Source: Candidatus Woesearchaeota archaeon (GTDB taxonomy: Archaea > Nanobdellota > Nanobdellia > Pacearchaeales > GW2011-AR1). Taken from it: 64,000 bases of DNA. The stretch lies in assembly GCA_964551115.1 (NCBI GenBank), contig CAZKBE010000001.1:866-64865 (forward strand), written 5' to 3'. Below, piece by piece: positions 19,537-29,411 of the stretch (its first letter is position 1; each line of letters starts with the position of its first letter). Below the pieces are notes generated by a model, which saw only the letters and a list, made by a program, of their open reading frames with translations, was not told where the DNA came from and made no database searches. A program made the translations under genes and the position numbers.

Positions 19537-21732
19537 ATGGCTACAGGCGAGAAAAATTTTGAGAAGATCAAGAGAATTATGCGAGATCAGAATACTATTA
19601 GGAATATAGCTACTTCTGCACATATTCACCATGGTAAAACTGCCTTTACAGATAATCTTTTAGCTGTGGCTGGTAAGATTGCTGCAAAGAATGCTGGTGA
19701 TTTGGAAGAGGGTATGGCAACTTGGCAACATGCAGATGAACAAGAGAGATTATTGACTGTAGACTCTGCTAATACTTCTATGGTTCATGATTATGACGGT
19801 AAAGAATATTTAGTTAATCTTATTGATACTCCCGGGCATGTTGATTTCTCTGGGAATGTTACAAGGGCAATGAGAGCTGTTGACGGAACAATTGTTTTAG
19901 TTTGTGCATCTGAGGGAATAATGCCTCAAACAGAAACTGTTCTAAAACAAGCATTAAGAGAAAGAGTAAAACCTGTTTTGTTTATCAATAAGGTAGATCG
20001 TTTGATTAAAGAATTGAAAGTCACACCACAACAAATGCAAGAAAGATTTGTGAAGATTATCAATGAATTTAATTCTTTAGTTGCTAATATTGCCGAAACC
20101 GAATATAAGGATAAATGGCAAGTTAATGTTAATGATGGCAGTGTTGCTTTTGGTTCAGCAAGAGACAATTGGGCCTTGACTATTCCATTTATGAAAAAGA
20201 AAGGAGTTTCATTCTCCGATATCTATAAAATTTATGATGATAAATTGTCTGAAGAAGAAAGAAAAGACTGGGTTTGGAAAAATGCTTCTTTATTCGAATC
20301 TATGATGGATGTAGTAGTTAAGCATTTACCTTCTCCTTTAGAGGCTCAAAGATATAGGGTTGCTAAAATTTGGAAAGGAGATTTAGATAGCGAGTTTGGA
20401 AAGGGAATGACTAGCTGTAGTCAAGAGGGAGAAACGGCATTTATTATTACAAGAATTGTTATTGAACCAAGATCTGGAAAGGAAATTTGTGCAGGAAGAC
20501 TTTGGTCGGGTAGTTTGAAGATGGGTCAAGAAGTTTATTTAAATTTAGCAGAGAAAAAACAGAGAATACAACAAGTTTTAGTCTATGATGGTATTAAACC
20601 TGAATTAGTTGATGAAGTTACTGCAGGGAATATTTGTGCTATTGCTGGTGTTAATGCAGAACCTGGAGAAACAATTACTCTTAGTGTTCAACAACCATTT
20701 GAAGAGATGAAACAGATCTTTCAACCAGTAATCACCAAAGCTATCACCGTTGAAAAATCTATGGATTTGCCAAAATTAATTGAAGTTTTAAGAAAAGTTG
20801 CTAAAGAAGATCCCTCAATTAAGATAGAGATTAATGAAGAGACTGGGGAAAATCTTATGTCTGGTATGGGTGAATTACATCTAGAAATTGTTGAAAATAG
20901 AATTAAGACTGAAAAAGGAGTAGAAGTAAAAACTTCTCAACCAATTATTGTTTATAGGGAAACTGTTACTCGAGTTTCTGGACCTACGGAAGGAAGATCT
21001 CCAAATAAACACAATAGCTTATTCTTTAATGTTGAACCTTTAGAACCTGAAGTTGCAGCAGCAATAGAAAAAGGAGAAATTTCTGAAGGAAGAGTTAAGA
21101 AAAAAGATGATAAGTTATGGAGTGCTTTGACTACTGTTGGAGTTTCAAACGAAGAAGCTAGACAATATAGAAACGTCTTCCAGGGAAATGTTTTCTTAGA
21201 TAAAACTAAGGGTGAAGTTTATATGATTGAAATTATAGAACTTATTTTGGATGCCTTTGAGATGGTTATGAAAGCTGGACCACTTTCAAGAGAACCTTGT
21301 ACAAATCTTAAGATTTCTTTAGCTGATGTAAAGCTTCACGAGGATGCAATTCATAGAGGTCCGGCACAAGTTTATCCAGCAGTTAGAGAGGCATTACAAG
21401 AAGCATTCAAAAAGGCAACACCTGTACTGTTTGAACCTGTTCAGACGCATGTTATTGAAGTTCCAACAGAATTTATGGGTGAAGTTACAAAGTTAGTTAC
21501 TCAGAAAAGAGGACAAATGATCGACGCTAAACAGGAAGGAATTTTCTCGTTTATTAAAGCTAGATTACCTGTTGCAGAGATGATTGGTTGGTCTTCTGAT
21601 TTAAGAAGCGCTACAGGTGGAAGAGGAGTTTCTAGTTTGATGGATCAGGCCTTTGAGAGAATGCCTAATGAATTACAGCAAAGAGTCATTAGACAGATCA
21701 GAGAAAGAAAAGGTTTAGCTGAGAATCAATAA
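19537..21732 (+). CDS. fusA: Elongation factor 2 (aEF-2)
   Basis: AHIHHGKT, NLIDTPGHVDF, FINKVDR, GMGELHLE, diphthamide loop LHEDAIHRG. Confidence 0.98.
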   Translation: MATGEKNFEKIKRIMRDQNTIRNIATSAHIHHGKTAFTDNLLAVAGKIAAKNAGDLEEGMATWQHADEQERLLTVDSANTSMVHDYDGKEYLVNLIDTPGHVDFSGNVTRAMRAVDGTIVLVCASEGIMPQTETVLKQALRERVKPVLFINKVDRLIKELKVTPQQMQERFVKIINEFNSLVANIAETEYKDKWQVNVNDGSVAFGSARDNWALTIPFMKKKGVSFSDIYKIYDDKLSEEERKDWVWKNASLFESMMDVVVKHLPSPLEAQRYRVAKIWKGDLDSEFGKGMTSCSQEGETAFIITRIVIEPRSGKEICAGRLWSGSLKMGQEVYLNLAEKKQRIQQVLVYDGIKPELVDEVTAGNICAIAGVNAEPGETITLSVQQPFEEMKQIFQPVITKAITVEKSMDLPKLIEVLRKVAKEDPSIKIEINEETGENLMSGMGELHLEIVENRIKTEKGVEVKTSQPIIVYRETVTRVSGPTEGRSPNKHNSLFFNVEPLEPEVAAAIEKGEISEGRVKKKDDKLWSALTTVGVSNEEARQYRNVFQGNVFLDKTKGEVYMIEIIELILDAFEMVMKAGPLSREPCTNLKISLADVKLHEDAIHRGPAQVYPAVREALQEAFKKATPVLFEPVQTHVIEVPTEFMGEVTKLVTQKRGQMIDAKQEGIFSFIKARLPVAEMIGWSSDLRSATGGRGVSSLMDQAFERMPNELQQRVIRQIRERKGLAENQ

Positions 21733-21786
21733 TTTATTCATATTATTATTCTAAACGTTTATAAAAGAAGATTGATTATACATTTT

Positions 21787-22206
21787 ATGGGATGGCGTAG
21801 AGCACATTATAATCCTAATCGAGAAGATAAGCTTCAACAGGTTGTTTTTAATGAAAGAGATGGTAGAGATTTAATCTATAATAATTTTGTATTTAGGAAT
21901 CATTTCTTTGATAGTTATCGTTTGAGGGTGGATGATCCTCTCGGCTCGTCTAGATCTAATTTAGAAATTGCCGAGATTGCAAGTCATAGTTTTTTAGAAG
22001 CAGATATCCCTTCAAAACTTGGGATTCAATCTAGGATTTTGATTGATTTTCATGTACATGAAAAGGATTCCTCAAATTCTTTTGGTTTATTCTATGTGCC
22101 TATGAGAAGAGATAAATTTGATATAATGTCTGGAAGAATTTGTGTAATGACTATTTTGGATGCTAGTGAAAAGTTAAGTTATCTATATCAAACTGGAAAA
22201 ATTTAA
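21787..22206 (+). CDS. Hypothetical protein (ORFan)
   Basis: ATG 29 nt after TTTATAAA (21758); no motif. Confidence 0.6.
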   Translation: MGWRRAHYNPNREDKLQQVVFNERDGRDLIYNNFVFRNHFFDSYRLRVDDPLGSSRSNLEIAEIASHSFLEADIPSKLGIQSRILIDFHVHEKDSSNSFGLFYVPMRRDKFDIMSGRICVMTILDASEKLSYLYQTGKI

Positions 22207-22224
22207 GACGCCATCGAACATTCT

Positions 22225-22452
22225 TTATTCTCGTATTTCTTTTCTTAATTCATCTAAGGTTTCTAATTTTATATTTTCTAATGCTCGTTTGGGTTTTTCG
22301 GTTGGTGCTAATGAAGCAGGGAAAAAGTGTTTTGCATAAATTTGAACAATAAATCCCAATGCTTGATTTTTATTTTTCATACCATATTTTGCCTTAACCA
22401 TATTTACAATTCTGTTTTCTTTTTCACTAAGTTTTATTATATTTTGCACCAT
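22225..22452 (-). CDS. DUF2683-like / ribbon-helix-helix antitoxin-like protein
   Basis: MVQNIIKLSEKENRIVNMVKAKYGMKNKNQAL pattern. Confidence 0.7.
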   Translation of the reverse strand: MVQNIIKLSEKENRIVNMVKAKYGMKNKNQALGFIVQIYAKHFFPASLAPTEKPKRALENIKLETLDELRKEIRE

Positions 22453-22453
22453 G

Positions 22454-22603
22454 TTAGTTAAAATCTTTTATAATTTTATTATAGCAGCTCTTACAAAGAT
22501 GAAATTTTCTAACTTTCTCTTCTTTGTCGGGCGGGCTAAGAAGAATTCCTCCGAAATCGCTAAGTTCTTCCTTACATAACTTGCACAAGGGTTTGATTGC
22601 CAT
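22454..22603 (-). CDS. 49-aa zinc-finger microprotein (not in ORF track)
   Basis: MAIKPLCKLCKEELSDFGGILLSPPDKEEKVRKFHLCKSCYNKIIKDFN; CxxC...HxCxxC; TATA (TTTAAATA) upstream; stop is 1 nt before the next ATG. Confidence 0.8.
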   Translation of the reverse strand: MAIKPLCKLCKEELSDFGGILLSPPDKEEKVRKFHLCKSCYNKIIKDFN

Positions 22604-22727
22604 TTTATAATAATTTATAATAATTTGTTATATTTAAACCTTCCTAACGATAGGTTTTTAAAGCAATTTATCACTAATTTTATGTGTCGAAAGGCATAAC
22701 TTTTAACTAAATTAATATAAAAAAGAA

Positions 22728-24014
22728 ATGGCTAAACAAAAACCAATTATGAATGTTGTCTTCGTGGGACATGTAGATGCAGGAAAATCAACTACTATCG
22801 GTCAGTTGTTCTTTCAAGCAGGTATTTTGTCTCCTCAAGAGTTAGCAAAACTCAAAGAAGAAGCAGCAAAGAATGGTAAAGCAGGTTTTGAGTTTGCTTA
22901 TTTCATGGATACTATCAAGGAAGAGAGAGAAAGAGGAGTTACTATCGACTTGAACTACAAGAAGATAATGACTCAGAACTTCGAGGTTACTGTTATTGAT
23001 GCTCCAGGACACAGAGATTTTGTTAAAAACATGATCACTGGTGCTTCTCAAGCTGATGCAGCTTTCCTAGTTGTCTCTGCTCCAAGTGGTGTTCAAGAGC
23101 AAACAAAAGAACATTTGTGGTTGTTAAGAACTATGGGCGTTAAACAAATAGCTATTCTTGTTAACAAGATGGATATGATTGACTTTGATGAAGCAAAGTT
23201 TAATCAAATCAAAGTTGATGCAGGTAATTTATTGAAATCTGTTGGATTTAATCCAGACACTATTTCATTTATTGCAGCATCCGGTTTACAAGGAATAAAT
23301 ATTGCTAAGAAATCTGAACAGATGCCTTGGTATAAAGGACCTACAGTTCTAGAACAAATCGACAAATTTCCTGCACCTGAGAAACCAACAGGTTTACCAA
23401 TGAGAATGGCTATCCAAGACGTGTATGAAATTACAGGTATTGGAACTGTTCCAGTAGGTAAAGTTGAAACAGGCATCATGAAACCTGGACAGAAGGTTAT
23501 AATCCTTCCAGGAAGAAGTGGTGTTGGTGTACCAGGGGAAATTAAGAGTATTGAAGCCCATCATGAGCAATTACCAGAAGCAGAAGCTGGTGACAATGTC
23601 GGTGTTAACATTAGGGGTGTTGGCAAGAAAGATATTGCACGAGGAGATGTTATCTGTGATGCAGCTTATCCAGCAAAGATTGTTGAAGAATTTACTGCTC
23701 AAATAGCGGTAATTAATCACCCAACAGTTATTGCTAAGGGTTATACTCCAGTTTTCCATGTACATACAGCTCAGATACCATGCCAATTCGTGGAACTAGT
23801 TTCAAAATTAGATCCTAGAACTGGTCAAGTAGCACAGGATCATCCAGACTTCTTGAAGAATGGAGATGTCGCTATTGTAAAACTTAAGCCTATTGGAAAC
23901 CTTGTGCTAGAAACAGCAGAAGCAAATCCACATATGGCTAGGTTCGCAATTAGAGACGCTGGCGTTACAGTAGCTGCAGGCGTTTGTAAATCACTTATAG
24001 AAAAGAAGAAGTAA
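22728..24014 (+). CDS. tuf: Elongation factor 1-alpha (aEF-1A)
   Basis: [49 protein letters not shown]. Confidence 0.98.
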   Translation: MAKQKPIMNVVFVGHVDAGKSTTIGQLFFQAGILSPQELAKLKEEAAKNGKAGFEFAYFMDTIKEERERGVTIDLNYKKIMTQNFEVTVIDAPGHRDFVKNMITGASQADAAFLVVSAPSGVQEQTKEHLWLLRTMGVKQIAILVNKMDMIDFDEAKFNQIKVDAGNLLKSVGFNPDTISFIAASGLQGINIAKKSEQMPWYKGPTVLEQIDKFPAPEKPTGLPMRMAIQDVYEITGIGTVPVGKVETGIMKPGQKVIILPGRSGVGVPGEIKSIEAHHEQLPEAEAGDNVGVNIRGVGKKDIARGDVICDAAYPAKIVEEFTAQIAVINHPTVIAKGYTPVFHVHTAQIPCQFVELVSKLDPRTGQVAQDHPDFLKNGDVAIVKLKPIGNLVLETAEANPHMARFAIRDAGVTVAAGVCKSLIEKKK

Positions 24015-24021
24015 TTCTTCT

Positions 24022-24053
24022 AAGCCGATAAATTCGGCTTTTTTTATTTTTTT
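24022..24053 (+). terminator. Hairpin + U-tract terminator after tuf
   Basis: AAGCCGA-TAAAT-TCGGCTT followed by TTTTTATTTTTTT. Confidence 0.75.
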
Positions 24054-24198
24054 ATCCTTTTATTATTAAGGATTTTTAGGATTAATTTTATTCAGAGTTT
24101 TTATACCCTTTATTTATAGAGCATATTTAATCTTTAAAGTACTAACTAGTTTTGTTTATTGTTAAAATAAATCAATAAAAAATAAAAATCTTACGAAC

Positions 24199-24396
24199 TT
24201 ATTTGAAAGCTCTTATTAATGTCCAGATACCGGCGATAGCTATTACAACATAAACTATTGTAGCTAATAATGGAGACCAGCTACCAATTAGCTTTCCCAC
24301 CAAATTCCAACCGAATCTTGTAGGGACCCAATTAATTGCTCCAATACATGCAAGTACTAAAGCAGTTGTATCCCAGACATTATTTCCTTTTGCCAT
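24199..24396 (-). CDS. DUF378 small membrane protein
   Basis: LVLACIGAINW...WNLV..L.G....IVYVVIAIAG; AGAGGGT RBS. Confidence 0.85.
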   Translation of the reverse strand: MAKGNNVWDTTALVLACIGAINWVPTRFGWNLVGKLIGSWSPLLATIVYVVIAIAGIWTLIRAFK

Positions 24397-24711
24397 TTTT
24401 ATACCCTCTTTTTAATTAGAGATATAAGGATTGGCCAATATATAAATCCTTCTTTTTCATGTAATTAAAAAATTCCATTTTTATGCGAAATATGACTGTT
24501 GGATATCCTTGAATAAATAATTCAATTGAGTGTACTATCAATAAGACATTTAGAACTGTAGATTATTCTAAGGAGTTGATGAACGAAAAAATAATCGAAA
24601 AGTCTAAATGTTTGAGAAGAACATTGGAATATAAATTAAACGAAGATAATTATCATTTCTTAAGACTAGTTTAAGGACAAGATTTTTAAAGCGATCTTTA
24701 CATATTATTCT

Positions 24712-25917
24712 ATGTTTCCCTTTAATAATCTACACATGTTATTATTGACTTGTTTTATTCTTTTAGTATTAGTTTTTGTTCTAATAGACTTTAGCAAAAA
24801 AAGACGTCTCATCTCTCTTCCGTCACTTTCTTTTATTGTTCCCTGTTATAATTCTGCCGAGACTATTAAAAATGCTATTTTGAGCATCTATAGGTCTTAT
24901 GAATTTGCTAAAATTGATATGATAGTCATAGATGATAATAGTAAAGATAATACTTTAAATATTTTAAGGATTTTGAATAAAAAATATCCTTTTAGGCTTA
25001 TTACTAATTCTAGGAATCTTGGTAAGACCAATTCGATTAACAAGTATTCTTCTTTAGTTAAAAACGAAATATTCTTTGTAGTTGATTCTGATATGGAAAT
25101 TAATGGTTCTGCAATTAAAGATATTCTTTCTAGGTTTCAATCTAATTCGAATGTTGGAGCCGTTAGTTGTCCTTATAAGATAAAGGAAAAAAGTATTTTT
25201 GCTAAAATGCAGGAAATGGAATATAATATGATGTCTCTAATATTAATCTCCTGTAATCACTTTTCTGCAATGTCTTTATGGGGGGGGTGTCTTGCAGTAA
25301 AAAAATCTATATTTAAACAGGTCGGTAAGTTTTCTAAAAATATGCTTACAGAAGATGTAGACCTAGCGTTTAAGATTACTAAGGCGGGTTACAAGGTTGA
25401 GCACTCCAGGGTAGGGGTTATAACTCATGCTCCTTTAGATTTTATTAAATTTTTACGACAGAAAGGTAGGTGGATATCTGGTGGAACGCAATGTTATATA
25501 AAACACATAGGGGTTTGGATTAAACATCCAATACAAGTGATTTTTCTTGTATTTTACTCTTTAATGGCGTTAATGTTTGTAATGTTTGTAATTAGAAGCT
25601 TAATCGATTTAAATAATCTGTTAGATTCTTATCAGGCTATCTTACAAACCTCTTCATTGCTTAGTAATTTAGAGATGGTTGGTTTTATTGGTTTATTTGA
25701 TATTTTAAGAAATTTTTTAGTAGGGATTTCTTTTTCTTTTTATTCTGCTCTTTATGTAGTTCCAATGATAAAAACGAGGAAGGATCTTTCTAAATTATTT
25801 TTAGTTTTCCCTTATTCTCTATTCTATTGGCCCATGATCTCTTTATTTTCTATATATTGGATTAGTCGAGCTTTTGTTTCTATGTTTTTTCTTAATAATA
25901 AGGTAAGGGCTTGGTGA
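24712..25917 (+). CDS. Glycosyltransferase family 2 (processive, membrane-bound)
   Basis: IVPCYN, IDDNSKD, VDSD, TEDVDL, QKGRW (QxxRW); C-terminal TM helices. Confidence 0.92.
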   Translation: MFPFNNLHMLLLTCFILLVLVFVLIDFSKKRRLISLPSLSFIVPCYNSAETIKNAILSIYRSYEFAKIDMIVIDDNSKDNTLNILRILNKKYPFRLITNSRNLGKTNSINKYSSLVKNEIFFVVDSDMEINGSAIKDILSRFQSNSNVGAVSCPYKIKEKSIFAKMQEMEYNMMSLILISCNHFSAMSLWGGCLAVKKSIFKQVGKFSKNMLTEDVDLAFKITKAGYKVEHSRVGVITHAPLDFIKFLRQKGRWISGGTQCYIKHIGVWIKHPIQVIFLVFYSLMALMFVMFVIRSLIDLNNLLDSYQAILQTSSLLSNLEMVGFIGLFDILRNFLVGISFSFYSALYVVPMIKTRKDLSKLFLVFPYSLFYWPMISLFSIYWISRAFVSMFFLNNKVRAW

Positions 25918-25963
25918 ACTACCTGTTAGAAAGAATTTTAAACTCTATTTAATTTGCATTTTT

Positions 25964-27661
25964 ATGAAAGACATTATTATAGAGATATTAGAAAAGACAT
26001 TAAATGGAAAGATCAAAAAAGAGGATATAGCGAGTCTTATTGAGATTCCCCCTCAACAAGATATGGGGGATTATGCCTTTCCTTGTTTTTCTTTAGCAAA
26101 AATTGAAAAAAAGAGTCCCCTTTTGATTGCAGAAGAATTAATGCAAAAATTAAGGAAGAATTTAGTGAAAGAGATTTCCGGAGTTGAGGTTAAATCTGCG
26201 TATCTCAACTTTTTTATAGATAAAAAGTTTTTAACCGATAAGATTTTGAAGGAAGCCATTAAGAAGGATTATGGTGTAATTAAAAAGAAGAAGTCTCTTA
26301 AAATTGTTGTAGATTATTCTTGTCCGAATGCAGGAAAACCTATGCACATTGGCCATATTAGATCAACGGTAATTGGAGATTCGATTTGTAGATTAACCGC
26401 TAAAAATGGAGATATATCTATTGGGATAAATTATTTAGGGGACATAGGCCTTCATATTGGTAAATTAATTGTTGCTTGGGAACTTTGGCTTGATAAAACT
26501 AAATTGAAAGAAAATCCGACAAAGGAATTATTGAGATTATATGTAGAATTTTGTAAAAATGAAAAATCTGAGATAAGAGAAGGAACTGAAGAAGATGAAT
26601 ATGCTAATAATGAATGGACTCAAAAAGCAAGAGATAAATTAAAACTAATAGAAGAAGGAGATAAAAAAGCAAACAAAATTTGGGAAGAAATAAAAGAAGC
26701 ATCGGTTAAGGGTTTTGATAGAGTCTATAAAAAATTAGACATAGCCTTTGATGAGATAACTGGACAAAGTAATTTTACAGACATAGGAAAAGAAGTCGTA
26801 TCTAAGGGTGTTAGGGGAGGGATCTTTAAAACTGAAAAGGATGGTGCAGTTTATATAGAACTTGGTGAGCAAAAAAAATATGTTCTAAGGGGAAACGGTA
26901 CAGCGTTTTACATGACTCAAGATTTAGGTGCAGCCGTAGATCGGTCTAGAAAGTATCATTTCGATAGGATGGTTTATGTTACAGACTATCGACAAAAGCT
27001 TCATTTTAAACAACTCTTCGAAATCCTTAAAAAACTAGGGCATGATTTTTCAAGGAATTGTAGTCATATTGGCTTTGGCACAATAAATTTTGGTAGTGAA
27101 ATTATGGCTACTCGCGAAGGAAAGGTTGTATTGCTTGAAGAGGTTATAGATAAGGTTACAGAGAAGGTTAAACTTCAAAATAAAATGCGAAGTTCTAATG
27201 CAGATCCACTTGCCATTTCTATCGCAGCATTAAAGTATGCAATTTTAAGGATTGAATCTTCAAAAGATGTGGAGTTTAGCTGGGAAAGAGCTTTGGAATT
27301 TGAAGGAAATACCGGACCTTATTTATTGTATTCATATGCTAGAGCATCTTCTATTCTTAGAAAAGTTAAAAAAAATAAGAAGAAAATGGAGATATTTGAT
27401 TTAGGTCCACAAGAGATTGCCTTAATAAAAAAAATTGCTGAATTTCCTGAAATTGTCTTGAAAGCTTATGAGCAATTAGCTCCAAATTTAGTAGCTAATT
27501 ATTCCTATGATCTTGCTCAAATCTTTAATGAATTCTATCATGCTCACCAAGTTATCGGAAGTAAAGAAGAGAATTTTAGACTAAAATTGATTATGGCTTT
27601 TAGAAATACATTGAAAAACTCTTTAGCTTTATTGGGAATTGGTGTTTTGGAAGAGATGTAA
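25964..27661 (+). CDS. argS: Arginine--tRNA ligase
   Basis: GDYAFPCF, DYSCPNAGKPMHIGHIRS, FEGNTGPYLLYSYARASSI. Confidence 0.98.
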   Translation: MKDIIIEILEKTLNGKIKKEDIASLIEIPPQQDMGDYAFPCFSLAKIEKKSPLLIAEELMQKLRKNLVKEISGVEVKSAYLNFFIDKKFLTDKILKEAIKKDYGVIKKKKSLKIVVDYSCPNAGKPMHIGHIRSTVIGDSICRLTAKNGDISIGINYLGDIGLHIGKLIVAWELWLDKTKLKENPTKELLRLYVEFCKNEKSEIREGTEEDEYANNEWTQKARDKLKLIEEGDKKANKIWEEIKEASVKGFDRVYKKLDIAFDEITGQSNFTDIGKEVVSKGVRGGIFKTEKDGAVYIELGEQKKYVLRGNGTAFYMTQDLGAAVDRSRKYHFDRMVYVTDYRQKLHFKQLFEILKKLGHDFSRNCSHIGFGTINFGSEIMATREGKVVLLEEVIDKVTEKVKLQNKMRSSNADPLAISIAALKYAILRIESSKDVEFSWERALEFEGNTGPYLLYSYARASSILRKVKKNKKKMEIFDLGPQEIALIKKIAEFPEIVLKAYEQLAPNLVANYSYDLAQIFNEFYHAHQVIGSKEENFRLKLIMAFRNTLKNSLALLGIGVLEEM

Positions 27662-27816
27662 AAATCTTCTTTTTGTTTACATATTATCTCATTTTTGTTT
27701 AGTTCTTTATTTAGGTACTTCTTTTTTAATGAACCTATATAATAGTAACATTTATATACTCTCCAAAAATCTTATTTATACAGAAAAACTACAAATTAAA
27801 ATTTGTAATAGCTTTC

Positions 27817-27890
27817 TTTTGGAGATAAATGCTAGTATTGCTTCTATCTCCCCAAAACAGGGAACACTTGGTTTTGGAGATAGAAATGCT
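27817..27890 (+). promoter_or_regulatory. Structured 5' leader of the DEAD-box helicase with alternative pairings
   Basis: TTCTATCTCC(CC)AAAAC (27842-27858) is complementary to both TTTTGGAGATA copies (27817-27827 and 27872-27882). Confidence 0.55.
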
Positions 27891-27905
27891 CTTTCTGAAC
27901 ACAAA

Positions 27906-29390
27906 ATGGAAAACTTTAGAAAATTAGGAATATGCGAAGAAATTCTTAAGGTTTTGAGTGAATTAAAATTCGAAAAACCTTCTGAAATACAAGAAAAGTC
28001 AGTGCCTTTAGTGGTAGCTGGAAAAGATGTTATTGCTTGTGCTTCTACTGGAAGTGGTAAGACGTTAGCTTTTGGTTCAGGGATTGTTCAAAATGTTATC
28101 GCAGGAAAAGGTGTCCAAGCACTTGTTTTGACTCCTACAAGAGAATTGGCTCAGCAAGTTAAAGAGAACCTACAGGTTTTTTCAAGATATAAAAAATTAA
28201 ATGTATGTGAGGTTTATGGCGGGGTATCTTATAATCCTCAAGTGAGAGATATAAGAAACTCAGAAGTTGTAGTTGGTACTCCTGGAAGAATTTTAGATCA
28301 CTTGAATCAAAGAACTTTGGATTTAGGTAAGATTTCTATTCTGGTTTTAGATGAGGCGGATAGGATGCTTGATATGGGTTTTATAAAGGATATACGAAAA
28401 ATCATTTCTTATTGTAATAAAGTTAGGCAGACTCTTTTATTTTCAGCAACTATCAACTCAGAAATTTCTTCAATCTCTAGAGATTTTATGAATTCTCCTG
28501 TAGAAGTTGCTGCTGAGAAGAATGTTGATCCATCTAAACTTAAACAAATTTATTATGATGTTCCAGATTATGATAAATTTTCTCTTTTAACACATCTTGT
28601 TAAAAATGATAAATCTCAGTTAGTGATGGTTTTTTGTAATACTAAACGAAATGCAGATTTTATCGCCTATAATCTAAAGCATAATGGTATTAAGGCCCTA
28701 GCAATTCATGGCGGCCATTCTCAGAATAAGCGATCAGATACCATGGATCAATTTAAAGATATGAGTTTTCATGTACTTGTATGTACTGATGTTGCTGCAC
28801 GGGGTTTAGATATTAAGAATGTTTCTCATGTATATAATTATGATTCCCCTGCTGAAAGTTCTCAATATATCCATCGTATTGGAAGAACTGCAAGAGCAGG
28901 AAAAGAAGGAATTGCGATTACTATTTTGGGAAGTAGAGACTATGAGAACTTTACGCCTATAAAACGAGAACATCCAGAAATTGAATTGGGAGAATTACCT
29001 GTGTTTGAGAAAGCGATAATGGAAAGAAGAGATAGGATTACTGTTGGAAGAATTGATGGTAGGGGAAGTCGTGGAAGTTATTCCAGAGAAGGAAGTTCAA
29101 GAGGTCCTAGAAGAAGTTTTGGTTCAAGTTCCAGAAGTTTTGGAGGAAGATCACAAGATTCGGATTCAAGAGGATCAAGAGGGTTTGGCAGATCACGAGA
29201 TTCAGATAGGGATTCTTCAAGAGGTCCTAGAAGAAGTTTTGGTTCAAGTTCCAGAAGTTTTGGAGGCAGATCTGATGACCGATCAACTAGCAGGGGTTTT
29301 TCAAGAGATCGAGGGGATTCAGATTCACGTGATGATCAAAGAGATTCTAGAGCAAGTGGGTTAAGAAGACCTATAAGAAAGAGATATTGA
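27906..29390 (+). CDS. DEAD-box RNA helicase (CsdA/CshA-like) with RS/RG-rich tail
   Basis: Q motif F..LG..PSEIQ, ASTGSGKT, PTRELA, LDEADRM, SAT, ARGLD, HRIGRTAR; start set at MENFRKLG. Confidence 0.96.
   Translation: MENFRKLGICEEILKVLSELKFEKPSEIQEKSVPLVVAGKDVIACASTGSGKTLAFGSGIVQNVIAGKGVQALVLTPTRELAQQVKENLQVFSRYKKLNVCEVYGGVSYNPQVRDIRNSEVVVGTPGRILDHLNQRTLDLGKISILVLDEADRMLDMGFIKDIRKIISYCNKVRQTLLFSATINSEISSISRDFMNSPVEVAAEKNVDPSKLKQIYYDVPDYDKFSLLTHLVKNDKSQLVMVFCNTKRNADFIAYNLKHNGIKALAIHGGHSQNKRSDTMDQFKDMSFHVLVCTDVAARGLDIKNVSHVYNYDSPAESSQYIHRIGRTARAGKEGIAITILGSRDYENFTPIKREHPEIELGELPVFEKAIMERRDRITVGRIDGRGSRGSYSREGSSRGPRRSFGSSSRSFGGRSQDSDSRGSRGFGRSRDSDRDSSRGPRRSFGSSSRSFGGRSDDRSTSRGFSRDRGDSDSRDDQRDSRASGLRRPIRKRY
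29096..29266 (+). repeat. 51-bp perfect direct repeat (29096-29146 and 29216-29266) in the helicase tail
   Basis: TTCAAGAGGTCCTAGAAGAAGTTTTGGTTCAAGTTCCAGAAGTTTTGGAGG twice, 120 bp apart, encoding SRGPRRSFGSSSRSFGG. Confidence 0.95.
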
Positions 29391-29411
29391 GGTAATCTTT
29401 AAATTTGGATA

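Noticed and set aside
24483..24673. Reading frame interrupted by one TGA, suggesting stop-codon recoding or selenocysteine
   Set aside because: TGA is used as a normal stop in ackA, the HAD gene and GT2; no SECIS or homology is evident. At most a decayed ORF.
27639..27905. N-terminal extension of the DEAD-box ORF in the ORF track
   Set aside because: Overlaps argS, spans promoter and leader sequence, and precedes the conserved Q-motif start MENF.
29044..29364. 106-aa repetitive alternative-frame ORF (EVLEEVLVQVP) inside the helicase tail
   Set aside because: By-product of the repeated RS-rich codons; no RBS or independent evidence.
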